From Escherichia phage vB_EcolP_P433.1, in the sequence record MN384978.1: 43,865 nt of DNA; one strand, given 5' to 3'. Below are positions 1 to 8,134 of the stretch, in pieces. How positions within the stretch are numbered: position 1 is the stretch's first letter; each line of letters begins with the position of its first letter. The translations under genes were made by a program, and so were the position numbers. The notes below the pieces were generated by a model. The model saw only the letters and a list, made by a program, of their open reading frames with translations, ran no database searches and had not been told where the DNA came from.

Positions 1-885
1 TTACTTAGTTAATTCTTCTACTGCCTCAGAGATTAAAGGCCATGCCTCGTGTCCTTCACCGTAACCCAGTTTAACCAGTTCGCGGCGTGCCTTGTTAACT
101 GCTGTTTTCTTCGTTGCCTCTTCAGCGCTCAAACCCAAGCGGGCGTAGAAGCAAGAAGATTTGAACTGCGGAAGCATAGGCGCGGCTGCCTTCTTGCTTT
201 CGCGTGCACTGGTTAGCGCGGCGATGCGGTCATTAGCTGCCTGTAATTGCTCAGTAAGTGCCTTAATCTGTGCCAGTAGGCCAGCCATAGCGGCGTGCTC
301 AGTGTTAGCCGTGTTATCAAGTGGGGCGGCTTTTGGCGCTTCAGGCTTGCTTTCCTCTTCCCAAGGTGCTGATTCGTCGTTGTCCGGCTCGCTCACGGGT
401 GGCACTGCCTGCGGCTCTTGCGTTTCCTGTGATTCTGCGGCATCAGCCGCGTTCTCCTGCGGTTTTACTGTCTCTGCCTTAGATTGTACCATCTCGGCCT
501 TCGGCTCTTTCTTAGGCTCAATCAGGACGTTTACGGCGTTAGTATCCAGCTTGCCACCTGCGGCGAGTTCTGCGGCCTTCTCCATGATAATATCCTCATC
601 AGCGAAAGGAACAAGCGCCAACATTACACGCATCGCCACGCCTTTGAAGCGGTCATCACCCTCAAAGACACGCGCTACGCTCATCAGCTTGTAACATTGT
701 GCCTTCTTGATGCCGAATTCTGATTCTACATAAGCTAAAAAGTCTTTTTGACCTTCAAAGTCACCGCGTAGCTCATTCAGACAAGATCCAACCCGAAGAT
801 AAGAAGTGCCGATATTGTCTAAGTGTTGTTTGATCTCAGCGGTTGCAGCTTCACGAACAGAAACGAGGATGTTTTCAGTAGTCAT
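1..885 (-). CDS. hypothetical early protein (294 aa)
   Basis: Minus-strand ORF whose stop codon is window positions 1-3; ATG at 885 preceded by AGGTGA RBS; acidic and Pro/Glu-rich central region; no recognisable domain. Sits directly upstream of the RNA polymerase if the window is circular. Confidence 0.55.
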   Translation of the reverse strand: MTTENILVSVREAATAEIKQHLDNIGTSYLRVGSCLNELRGDFEGQKDFLAYVESEFGIKKAQCYKLMSVARVFEGDDRFKGVAMRVMLALVPFADEDIIMEKAAELAAGGKLDTNAVNVLIEPKKEPKAEMVQSKAETVKPQENAADAAESQETQEPQAVPPVSEPDNDESAPWEEESKPEAPKAAPLDNTANTEHAAMAGLLAQIKALTEQLQAANDRIAALTSARESKKAAAPMLPQFKSSCFYARLGLSAEEATKKTAVNKARRELVKLGYGEGHEAWPLISEAVEELTK

Positions 886-952
886 ATAGTCACCTATTGG
901 TTTATTGAGATAAAACTTAATCGGGCGCTAACAAGTAACGCCCTGTTAAGTC

Positions 953-975
953 TTCTCTTATAGTGTCAGATGAGT
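953..975 (-). promoter_or_regulatory. degenerate phage-promoter-like sequence (ACTCATCTGACACTATAAGAGAA)
   Basis: Keeps the GACACTATA core but has A at +1 and TCT at -12 to -10; probably weak or non-functional. Confidence 0.2.
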
Positions 976-1078
976 AGCTTGTATGTAGTTCCTAGCACTT
1001 CCTCACGAATCTGGGCAAATCGCAAGGAACACTTCAGGGTTACACCATCGGAAAAGATGAAGTTATATTGCTTTTCCA

Positions 1079-1414
1079 TCACTCTTCTTCCTCTTCTTCG
1101 TCTTCATACCAAACCACATCACTGTCATTTGGTACATCATTATAAAGCGCCTCATAAATGCGAGCCTGTAGGATCTTGGTTACATCCTTGGTGTCAGGGA
1201 TCAAGCCGGCATCATCGAATTCAATATCAATCCCGTCGGCCGCCATCACAGTAAAGATTTCATGATAATAGTGCGGTACGTTGTCATCTACAACCTCATG
1301 CAGCGCATCAGAATAATCATCATCTTCACGGATATGATCATACTGAATGCGCTCGTTGAACGCTTCAACAGTTGCAGCCAAAAGGTTGTAGTAAGCGTTA
1401 GCATTGCGTTCCAT
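1079..1414 (-). CDS. ocr: Ocr-like DNA-mimic anti-restriction protein (T7 gene 0.3 homolog, 111 aa)
   Basis: Very acidic protein ending in a poly-Glu run; the segment [44 protein letters not shown] closely matches T7 Ocr as remembered ([45 protein letters not shown]); GAGGA RBS before the ATG at 1414. Confidence 0.8.
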   Translation of the reverse strand: [111 protein letters not shown]

Positions 1415-1458
1415 GATTTAATCCTCATTAGTCAGTTAGTTGGGTTGCATTTAACAGT

Positions 1459-1488
1459 AGGTTACTACCTTGACGCATGACTGTCAAC
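1459..1488 (-). promoter_or_regulatory. possible host sigma70 promoter (TTGACA-N18-TAACCT)
   Basis: -35 hexamer TTGACA (reverse complement of 1483-1488) and a weak -10 about 18 bp downstream, upstream of ocr. Confidence 0.3.
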
Positions 1489-1558
1489 ACCGTATCTAGT
1501 ATCGCCCGATAAAGGCTAGGCAACGTGTTTATAGCGTTCTGCCTCTCGCTTGATGCTT

Positions 1559-1587
1559 AATGTAACCTTGTATGCCGTGGCTGTCAA
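1559..1587 (-). promoter_or_regulatory. host sigma70-type early promoter (TTGACA-N17-TACATT)
   Basis: Consensus -35 TTGACA (rc of 1582-1587), 17-bp spacer, -10 TACATT (rc of 1559-1564); minus strand, upstream of ocr. Confidence 0.5.
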
Positions 1588-1595
1588 TAGTTAAT

Positions 1596-1820
1596 TTAGA
1601 GATTTGTTGTGATTACTTCATCGTAATCATAATCTTCACTACCTAGATACTCGGTAATCACCTGATTGTCATACTCAGTTACTAAGGTAACGCGGTAATA
1701 ATCTCTGTCATAGTCCAGAAGAAAGGTTGTGAGGTCAGCGGTTACGCCAGCCTGTTCCATGTCTTCTAGTAGTCGGCGTGCTTCACTTCCTGAATTAAGA
1801 AAGATTTCGTGCTTATGCAT
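1596..1820 (-). CDS. hypothetical acidic early protein (74 aa)
   Basis: ORF with ATG at 1820 overlapping the stop of the upstream small ORF (ATGCATAA); acidic, Tyr/Asp-rich C-terminus. Confidence 0.5.
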   Translation of the reverse strand: MHKHEIFLNSGSEARRLLEDMEQAGVTADLTTFLLDYDRDYYRVTLVTEYDNQVITEYLGSEDYDYDEVITTNL

Positions 1821-1987
1821 TGGTTAGCTCCTTCATCAAGTCACGTTTCTGGTTAACTGTATCGGTCCAACCTTCGTTAAGAAATCGGTGATACAAGGCT
1901 AACTCATCATTCGTAAGTAATTCGTTGTTACGAATCATATAGCATAACAGAGTGAAGAGAACGGACAGTTCCCGGTTATTTAATGTC
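1813..1987 (-). CDS. small hypothetical early protein (57 aa, MTLNNRELSVLFTLLCYMIRNNELL...)
   Basis: Not in the ORF track (below its length cutoff); ATG at 1987 preceded by GAGG RBS; stop overlaps the start of the next gene; lies downstream of the sigma70-type promoter at 2108-2136. Confidence 0.35.
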
Positions 1988-2107
1988 ATGGTGATACCTC
2001 ATTTAATAAGTAATACCACGGCATACACAGGTTACACTAAGCAAATTGTTAAAGAGCAAGGTAACTTAGTTACCTACCGTTTGGCTATGTTGCCTCCCGA
2101 TGGCTGT

Positions 2108-2136
2108 AATGTACTGCGAGTTATTGCCTGTGTCAA
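2108..2136 (-). promoter_or_regulatory. host sigma70-type early promoter (TTGACA-N17-TACATT)
   Basis: -35 TTGACA (rc of 2131-2136), 17-bp spacer, -10 TACATT (rc of 2108-2113); same hexamers as the promoter at 1559-1587. Confidence 0.5.
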
Positions 2137-2202
2137 CACTAAATTTCACTAAGATAGATTATTTATGTGATACCTGTCACAACTGCTAGATAATCCTAGG
2201 TT

Positions 2203-2218
2203 GTCTAACATGTTAGAC
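2203..2218. repeat. perfect 16-bp palindrome GTCTAACATGTTAGAC
   Basis: Read directly; A-for-C variant of the GTCTCAC-NN-GTGAGAC palindrome family found at six other sites. Confidence 0.5.
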
Positions 2219-2359
2219 TAAGGAAAAGCAATAGATACAAGGCTAGGATAGGTTAGGCGGGCTAGGCTTCTGGTGTCCCTCCTACTGCATCTTATTACTA
2301 TTCTCTTTCTTTAGCGGTCTACCGACCGCGACCTATTCGCATCTTATAGCGTAGCTATG

Positions 2360-2650
2360 CAATCACTAAGATAAGGCACTAAGGCTTACTAAGGCACACT
2401 ACTAAGTCACTACTAAGGTAAGAACTAAGGCTTTAACTAAGGCAACCCACTAAGGTTAGCATAAGCTATCCCTCAGGTTTATACCAAGGATATACGAGCG
2501 CGGTGAGTGTAGCGTAACGTAGTGTAGCGAAACGAACAGATATCCCACCAACGTCCACCCTGTCAATACCTCATAAACGCCCTGAATGGCCTCAGGAGTG
2601 CACTAAGAGGCTTCACTAAGGCAATCACCTTGTCCATCACTAAGCCAACC
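2360..2650. repeat. array of at least 11 ACTAAG(G) heptamer repeats (CCTTAGT on the coding strand) in two clusters
   Basis: Copies read at about 2365, 2377, 2389, 2402, 2413, 2424, 2438, 2452, 2601, 2616 and 2640 in a non-coding region; resembles the CCTAAAG heptamer arrays next to T7 terminal repeats. Confidence 0.6.
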
Positions 2651-2844
2651 CTAGGCCTTCCTAGGCCGCCTACCGCGTTCCACCTTGCTAGTACATAGGA
2701 AAGCCTGGGCCTGTACCAGTTCACTAGTACACTCCCAAGGCCACCCTATGGGGGACATCCCGGCGAGGGCGAGGGCGAGACACCTCACACACGCCTATAT
2801 CAAAATTTTGACTTTGGTTAATCCTTGTACAACACTAAGGTTTC

Positions 2845-2940
2845 CTACACTTCAGTCTTAAGTGCACAAGCTATTGCTACAGGAAGAATACAGAAACCTA
2901 CACATACACCTAAGAGGAAACTAATCAATTCTACTAACAT
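2845..2940 (-). CDS. possible small hydrophobic peptide (31 aa, MLVELISFLLGVCVGFCILPVAIACALKTEV)
   Basis: ATG at 2940 preceded by AGGAGG at 5-nt spacing; single predicted transmembrane helix; starts 14 nt after the upstream small ORF. Confidence 0.3.
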   Translation of the reverse strand: MLVELISFLLGVCVGFCILPVAIACALKTEV

Positions 2941-2954
2941 GTTACCTCCTTTGA

Positions 2955-3110
2955 TTACACTAAGTCGAATCCCTTGGGTTGCTTCAGGTAAGCCTGTACA
3001 GTTCCACCAAGAACCTTCTGGCTAGCCAGTGCAGACTCTTCAGTGTCATGTATCTTCCTGAGTACCTTACGTTTGAATGGGCCGACTCCATAAGTATGAA
3101 TCCAAATCAT
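2955..3110 (-). CDS. possible small protein (51 aa, MIWIHTYGVGPFKRKVLRK...)
   Basis: ATG at 3110 preceded by AGGAGG at 4-nt spacing; just downstream of the last tailspike gene. Confidence 0.3.
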   Translation of the reverse strand: MIWIHTYGVGPFKRKVLRKIHDTEESALASQKVLGGTVQAYLKQPKGFDLV

Positions 3111-3134
3111 CAAACCTCCTTAGTACTACATCAA

Positions 3135-3152
3135 GGCAGACCGAAGCCTGCC
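3135..3152 (-). terminator. stem-loop GGCAGGC-UUCG-GUCUGCC 10 nt after the tailspike stop
   Basis: 7-bp stem with UUCG tetraloop on the minus-strand transcript; no strong U-tract, so terminator function is uncertain. Confidence 0.3.
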
Positions 3153-3161
3153 ATTTGTGTA

Positions 3162-4619
3162 TTAGTAAACCAACTTAACCCTGTACGCCACAGCCCTGTT
3201 ACCAGAAGTGCCGACACGAGAAATACGAAGTGTACCCTCAGGGTTTATCTTTGTGCTCACTGGCTCAGCCGCAGTACCATCGATTGATGCAATGGCAACA
3301 ATAGTTGCAGCAGCGAGTGCCTTGGTTCTCAAGCCTACATCGACAAACGTAAGACCATCAGGGATGATAGCAACACCTTCCTGTAAGTCAGGGTGGGTAG
3401 GGCTGTCAACACTTGTTAGCTTACACTGTGGCGTAGTCAGGGTTACGCCTACTACATGAGAGCAGCCACGCAAATGCAGTGAGCTATTCCCCATGTTGCT
3501 AATTAGCATCACGTTATTTGTACGAGTACCCAAGAAGTCACAGTCAGTCGCAGTGATACCCTCCACAGAATCGATAAGGAGATCACCCTGCTGGGCTGAG
3601 TCAATATCATTGAACTGGAATGTTACATTGGTCAGACGCATGTTCTTAGGTGCATTAGCCCCACGCTTAGTGACATACAAACCAAAGTAGCGGCTGTCAG
3701 AGATACAAGTACCATTGATACGCAGGTTGTCACAAGCGCCAACCACTTCGATGCACGCTTCACTGCCAGAGTGGTTTGAAGAGTAGTAACCGAAGTCAAT
3801 CTTCACATCTTTGGCATCCTCCAGATACAGCGCCTGTCCACCTGCAAGGTCACTCATGCAGGAGTTGAACCACGTCCAGCGAGTCCCTATGATCTCAATA
3901 GCCTTACGATTCTTGGCGCTGTTGCCACATGAGTAGACTAGCTCATTTGTGAACATCAAACCCTCTGTGACACTAGAAACACCTGCAGACACGTCTTCAC
4001 TTGCATGGATAGCAGTATAACAATCAGAGTACGTGTTGTTGAAGAAGTGAGAGTTGATCTGTCCACCACCAGAGAATACCGCATAGTTGCTTGCTGCAAA
4101 GCGGTTATTCTGGATAGTAAGCTCAGCTGATGATTTACCTTTCTCACAGAAGACGCACGCATCGTAGAATGCAAACGAGTTGTCGCGCACAGTGATTAGC
4201 GGGCCTTCGATACGGATTGCCATAGTGTTGTTGCTATCCTTTCCGCCACCTACGAAGTTCAGACCTTCGATAACAGTGAATGCCGCACGAGGTATCAGAG
4301 TGGAGCCATTGTGTGTCTTCAATGTTGCACCGTACTTACCATCACTATATAGCCGGATGGCAGATGTAATTATAAGGTCAGTTACAATGTATGGCGTGTC
4401 TTTAGGCGGAACATAGACACCAGCACCCATACCTCCTGCGCGATATGCTGCTTTGATAGCTGCACGGAACGCAGGTGTGTCATCGGTAACACCATCACCC
4501 TTTGCACCAAAATCGGTGACACTAATCTGCTCACTAAGCTTCTCAGGGAGCAGTCTCAGAATAGCTGCATCGTATAGCGCCTTGTATTTCACGAAGGCAG
4601 CACCTAGCTTTTGAATCAT
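3162..4619 (-). CDS. tailspike, probable depolymerase with pectate-lyase-like right-handed beta-helix (485 aa)
   Basis: N-terminal motif ISVTDFGAKGDGVTDDTPAFRAAIKAA typical of beta-helix glycanases; AGGAGGG RBS before the ATG at 4619; position at the genome right end as in SP6/K1-5-type phages. Confidence 0.75.
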   Translation of the reverse strand: MIQKLGAAFVKYKALYDAAILRLLPEKLSEQISVTDFGAKGDGVTDDTPAFRAAIKAAYRAGGMGAGVYVPPKDTPYIVTDLIITSAIRLYSDGKYGATLKTHNGSTLIPRAAFTVIEGLNFVGGGKDSNNTMAIRIEGPLITVRDNSFAFYDACVFCEKGKSSAELTIQNNRFAASNYAVFSGGGQINSHFFNNTYSDCYTAIHASEDVSAGVSSVTEGLMFTNELVYSCGNSAKNRKAIEIIGTRWTWFNSCMSDLAGGQALYLEDAKDVKIDFGYYSSNHSGSEACIEVVGACDNLRINGTCISDSRYFGLYVTKRGANAPKNMRLTNVTFQFNDIDSAQQGDLLIDSVEGITATDCDFLGTRTNNVMLISNMGNSSLHLRGCSHVVGVTLTTPQCKLTSVDSPTHPDLQEGVAIIPDGLTFVDVGLRTKALAAATIVAIASIDGTAAEPVSTKINPEGTLRISRVGTSGNRAVAYRVKLVY

Positions 4620-4703
4620 GTACCCTCCTTTTCTGAAAGGCTACCACCATGATAACCTTTAAGAAAAGTTGCGTATAAGCGCGGCGTAAGCCGCGACTGT
4701 CTA

Positions 4704-6758
4704 TTATAACCATTCAGGCACAATAACCTCTCCCATTGAGAAGTTTGCTGCCTCACCTTCTCTACTGCACAAACGATACTTCTTATCTACTACTTCCCGT
4801 GTGTCTGTAGAAACTATGTTGTAGCAGATGTTATTAGCTGCTCTATGAACATAAGAATTTACTACTGGCTTACTTCCATCACCTTTTGCACGCGTACCAT
4901 CAATGAAGCAAGATTCTACAAGTAACAGGCCAGCAACTAAGTTGTTGCCTGTATCCCAGTCCAATATAGTCTCATTAAACTCTACACGACCTTGTGCATA
5001 AGTGGTTCCACCAGAGTAGCCTGCAAATCGACGAACGATACCACCTTTATTCTTGATGTAACTACGAGTATTGAAAGTGACAAGGTTCTTGTATTCAATA
5101 TCCATATTACATTCAAAACCTATAATACAACTTGCATATTCGTTACGATAACCTATATAAGCATCAACCTTACAACCTTTAGAGTAAGCAGGTGTAAGTT
5201 TTACAATAGGAACTTCACGAGTTGTTGCATCATGATATGATAGCGCGTATTCATAGCGGGCATTCTTTCCATGGAATACACTCCCTGTGAAGTCTATCAG
5301 TGTAGGCATCACAAAGTCACGCAATATAGGTGACACACTAGTCTTGAAGTTATTCTTGTAAGATACAATATTCAAGGTAACAGCATCAGGCCAGTGGATC
5401 TCTGATTCCACTATAATCTTACGAGGAAGATGCAATGCGCGAGGTTGAACCGGATTACCAGATGATAACACATTATCAGAACGGCACAGAATAAGGTCAA
5501 CAATACCTGTCTTTCCTTCTGGTACTCGTATGCTACCACCTTTGACAATAATGTCACCTTTGTGCTCACCATAATCAGTACGAACACCAAAGGACATAAT
5601 GTTGGAGTTAATGATACGAGTCTGCTCATCGAAGGCACCAGTGCCAACTAAGACACCTTCTTTTACAGTAGAATTATCTACTAGAACTCCAGAGGAGCCG
5701 TAGTGTAAGTGAAAGCTAGGGACAACAGAGTCACGAAGTACCACATCACGGCAGTAGTTACCATCAGCGAAACGCCATCCAGAACCACATGTGCAACCTA
5801 AGAAGGAATGCTTCAATGTATATTCCATAAGGATGGAATAACGAGAGTTATTATCAGGCTGAGGCCCGCCACTCATATTAACATGCCAGTTGACACCATA
5901 TGTATCTCCGCTTGATAATATGCTACGATCAACAGGTACTGAAATGTTACTATCAACCACGCCGTACACATTTACCTTAGAGCGAGTAATGTTGAATGCC
6001 CACTTTGTAACTGCGCCTTTGAACTTAGGAAGCACAACAGTGATGTACGATGCAGGCAACTTATACAAGGTGCAAGTAACACCGCTATTATATGTGTTCT
6101 TGAATGTATAAGCCAGATTACCTGACTTAGTCATCAAGTTAACCTCACATTTCATTCTGGCATCATATCTACCATTAAGGTAGCGATAAAGATCAACCTC
6201 TTGGCTGGTGATCTTAACCAAACTATTATCCCAGCCATCAAGACTTTCTGACACATTAAGTTGATTACTTAACTCTGTCAAAGGGTAGTTAATTACAGTG
6301 AAAGACTTAGACACATCAGTTCGCTCATCTGCCAATGTAACATTGCCACCTGTTAGGTTAAATGTCAAATTACTCAAGTCCATGTCACCATATAGTGTCA
6401 CGTCCTTGTTGATATTAATCTCGGTAGGTACAGAAGCGTAAACCTTGATACCATAACCTCTCAGTTGAGAAAATACCGTATTTAGGCCATCTGCATCTTT
6501 GGTAGGTAAGAGGGTAAGAAGATCAACACCTTTGGATGTGTCAATAATTGAAGTCCACTTACCTTCACCAATACCTTCTGTGAAGGGACTTGAACCGGGA
6601 TTCACAGTATGAGGGTAATCACCAGACCATACATAAATGTCTCTATTAAACAGGAACATATCAGCCATGCCTTGTGCCACACCACCACCCTCAAAGGTGT
6701 TTAATGTTGGTACATTAAGACTGAGTACATTACGTCCTGCACGTGTTAATCCAGCCAT
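4704..6758 (-). CDS. tailspike / receptor-binding protein (about 684 aa)
   Basis: Large Ser/Thr/Asn/Gly-rich ORF; the track start at 6818 is TTG, so the start is placed at the ATG at 6758 with TAGGAG RBS; directly downstream of the phage promoter at 6838-6860. Confidence 0.7.
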   Translation of the reverse strand: MAGLTRAGRNVLSLNVPTLNTFEGGGVAQGMADMFLFNRDIYVWSGDYPHTVNPGSSPFTEGIGEGKWTSIIDTSKGVDLLTLLPTKDADGLNTVFSQLRGYGIKVYASVPTEININKDVTLYGDMDLSNLTFNLTGGNVTLADERTDVSKSFTVINYPLTELSNQLNVSESLDGWDNSLVKITSQEVDLYRYLNGRYDARMKCEVNLMTKSGNLAYTFKNTYNSGVTCTLYKLPASYITVVLPKFKGAVTKWAFNITRSKVNVYGVVDSNISVPVDRSILSSGDTYGVNWHVNMSGGPQPDNNSRYSILMEYTLKHSFLGCTCGSGWRFADGNYCRDVVLRDSVVPSFHLHYGSSGVLVDNSTVKEGVLVGTGAFDEQTRIINSNIMSFGVRTDYGEHKGDIIVKGGSIRVPEGKTGIVDLILCRSDNVLSSGNPVQPRALHLPRKIIVESEIHWPDAVTLNIVSYKNNFKTSVSPILRDFVMPTLIDFTGSVFHGKNARYEYALSYHDATTREVPIVKLTPAYSKGCKVDAYIGYRNEYASCIIGFECNMDIEYKNLVTFNTRSYIKNKGGIVRRFAGYSGGTTYAQGRVEFNETILDWDTGNNLVAGLLLVESCFIDGTRAKGDGSKPVVNSYVHRAANNICYNIVSTDTREVVDKKYRLCSREGEAANFSMGEVIVPEWL

Positions 6759-6837
6759 ATAATCTCCTATTACTTCCCAACCCTCACCATGAAGATTGGC
6801 TAGTAATAGGCCGCTCAAAAGAACGGCACTATCTTAT

Positions 6838-6860
6838 CCCTCCTATAGTGTCCAGTAAAT
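6838..6860 (-). promoter_or_regulatory. phage RNAP promoter ATTTACTGGACACTATAGGAGGG
   Basis: Read as reverse complement on the plus strand; 23-nt match to the SP6-type core GACACTATAG; upstream of the first tailspike gene. Confidence 0.75.
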
Positions 6861-6889
6861 TATAAGACACTGATACATAAAGCTATGTA

Positions 6890-7087
6890 TTAATTGTATC
6901 CGCGTTCTAGCGAAAGAATGTACAAACCTAATTTTGTAGCGTCAGGCTTACTGAAGCAGACCTTATCGTCCACCTCGTAAACTGCCGTCAGCGTCGGCTT
7001 CAGTGGCCTTACCTTTGGAGTCTCTGGTAACTCCGTCTGACACCCTGAAGTGATCAGCGAACCAATCAGCAGGGTTGTCGCTAGCAT
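6890..7087 (-). CDS. small lipoprotein, candidate o-spanin (65 aa from the internal ATG)
   Basis: MLATTLLIGSLITSGC is a signal peptide plus lipobox-like Cys, followed by a Pro-rich stretch (LPETPKVRPLKPT); GAGG RBS before the ATG at 7087; lies in a different frame overlapping ORF 6963-7184. Confidence 0.4.
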   Translation of the reverse strand: MLATTLLIGSLITSGCQTELPETPKVRPLKPTLTAVYEVDDKVCFSKPDATKLGLYILSLERGYN

Positions 7088-7176
7088 GATTCGCCTCACT
7101 CTGTGCCTCCTTCTCTTCCTTCTTCTTCTTAGCGGCAAGCAGCAGACCAATAAGGCCTGCCAATAACTCAAGCACC

Positions 7177-7326
7177 TTATTCACAAGTGATTACTTGGCA
7201 TACCACGTCAGTGACGGAACCTTCCGTACCTTCACCAAGGTCTACACCAAGACCTACAGAGACAAGTGCAATCACCAGTGCAATCAATGCACCTACCACC
7301 TTCTTAGACTTAAACAGCTTTTTCAT
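7177..7326 (-). CDS. small membrane protein (49 aa, MKKLFKSKKVVGALIALVIALVSVGLGVDL...), possible holin/antiholin or spanin N-terminal part
   Basis: Not in the ORF track; ATG at 7326 preceded by AGGGAG RBS; one clear transmembrane helix; immediately downstream of the endolysin gene. Confidence 0.4.
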   Translation of the reverse strand: MKKLFKSKKVVGALIALVIALVSVGLGVDLGEGTEGSVTDVVCQVITCE

Positions 7327-7434
7327 TGCATCTCCCTTTCCATTGAGCTAGCAAATCCGAGTAGTTCTGCCAATCCTCATAGTTACCTGCCTCGGCAGCT
7401 TGAGCAACCATGCGCTCGCACCATTCAATACATC

Positions 7435-7797
7435 TTACCATCGTGCACACCCATCACGTACATCAATATGGGTGAAGGAATTATACTTACCAATACCATA
7501 CTTGCCTTGGTATTTACTAGTAAGATACTTATGCACTTCAGATGGTGAGATGCCAGACACTTTAATATCAGCAGCCTTACCAGTAAGATGCATAGAGTTC
7601 TTGGCCCCGCCCACCTTAGCATTGTGCTTGGCACAGCGATGACCAGAGGTAATAACCACAGGAGCACCAAAGTGCTCACGAACATCTGTGACTACCTGTA
7701 GTAACTCAGCATCAACAGTGGATGTACCGCACCCACAACGGCAAGCGAACTCTTTACGCTTGAAGTATTTGTTAAGCACTATACTACTCCTAGGCAT
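7435..7797 (-). CDS. endolysin, peptidase M15 (zinc D-Ala-D-Ala carboxypeptidase-like) family
   Basis: FKRKEFACRCGCG...ITSGHRCAKHNAKVGGAKNSMHLTGKAADI matches the Peptidase_M15_3 signature. Confidence 0.8.
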   Translation of the reverse strand: MPRSSIVLNKYFKRKEFACRCGCGTSTVDAELLQVVTDVREHFGAPVVITSGHRCAKHNAKVGGAKNSMHLTGKAADIKVSGISPSEVHKYLTSKYQGKYGIGKYNSFTHIDVRDGCARW

Positions 7798-7830
7798 TGC
7801 CCGTCTAATTACTAACGAGAGATTATATTA

Positions 7831-8118
7831 TCACTCAGCGGGGGTAACAGCAGTTACTTCCATGGTAGTGGCATCCCATGGTGACTCAGGCAGTGCATCT
7901 CGTGCTACAGCGATATACAGCGAACCCTCTGCTTTCTTCACAGCAACCATGGCACCTTTTTGTTTACCAGAAAGGTGGTGGATGTTAATCGGGTGCGCTT
8001 TAGATTTAAGGTCTGCCTCTGCTACCACCGGTAATGGCAGTGCAGTTGCAATAGTTTGAACATCCTTAACACGGAAGGATTGCCCGGTTACAGTGTTTGC
8101 ATCTCCATACTTAGCCAT
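7831..8118 (-). CDS. hypothetical protein (96 aa)
   Basis: Start placed at the internal ATG at 8118 (MAKYGDANTV) because of the AAGAGGAG RBS; track ORF extended to 8199. Confidence 0.45.
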   Translation of the reverse strand: MAKYGDANTVTGQSFRVKDVQTIATALPLPVVAEADLKSKAHPINIHHLSGKQKGAMVAVKKAEGSLYIAVARDALPESPWDATTMEVTAVTPAE

Positions 8119-8134
8119 ATCTATTCTCCTCTTA

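Noticed and set aside
161-694. Plus-strand ORF (177 aa, Ser/Ala-rich) and many other plus-strand ORFs in the track, e.g. 23837-24481 (214 aa), 32761-33366 (201 aa), 25240-25614, 19961-20287
   Set aside because: Each lies entirely antisense to a well-supported minus-strand gene, has low-complexity composition and no RBS-like start context; in a genome where every recognisable gene is on one strand these are shadow ORFs.
2360-2650. CRISPR array as an explanation for the heptamer repeats
   Set aside because: Units are only 6-7 bp, irregularly spaced, with no spacer structure and no cas genes; this matches the short repeat arrays at T7-like genome ends.
4679-4697. GC-rich hairpin (GCGGC-TTAC-GCCGC) between the two tailspike genes as a terminator
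   Set aside because: Short stem with no adjacent U-tract; the second tailspike has its own strong RBS and is probably co-transcribed.
6963-7184. 73-aa ORF as a confident inner-membrane spanin gene
   Set aside because: It starts with GTG, has no convincing RBS and is shorter than typical i-spanins; kept only as a possibility within the lysis-cluster finding.
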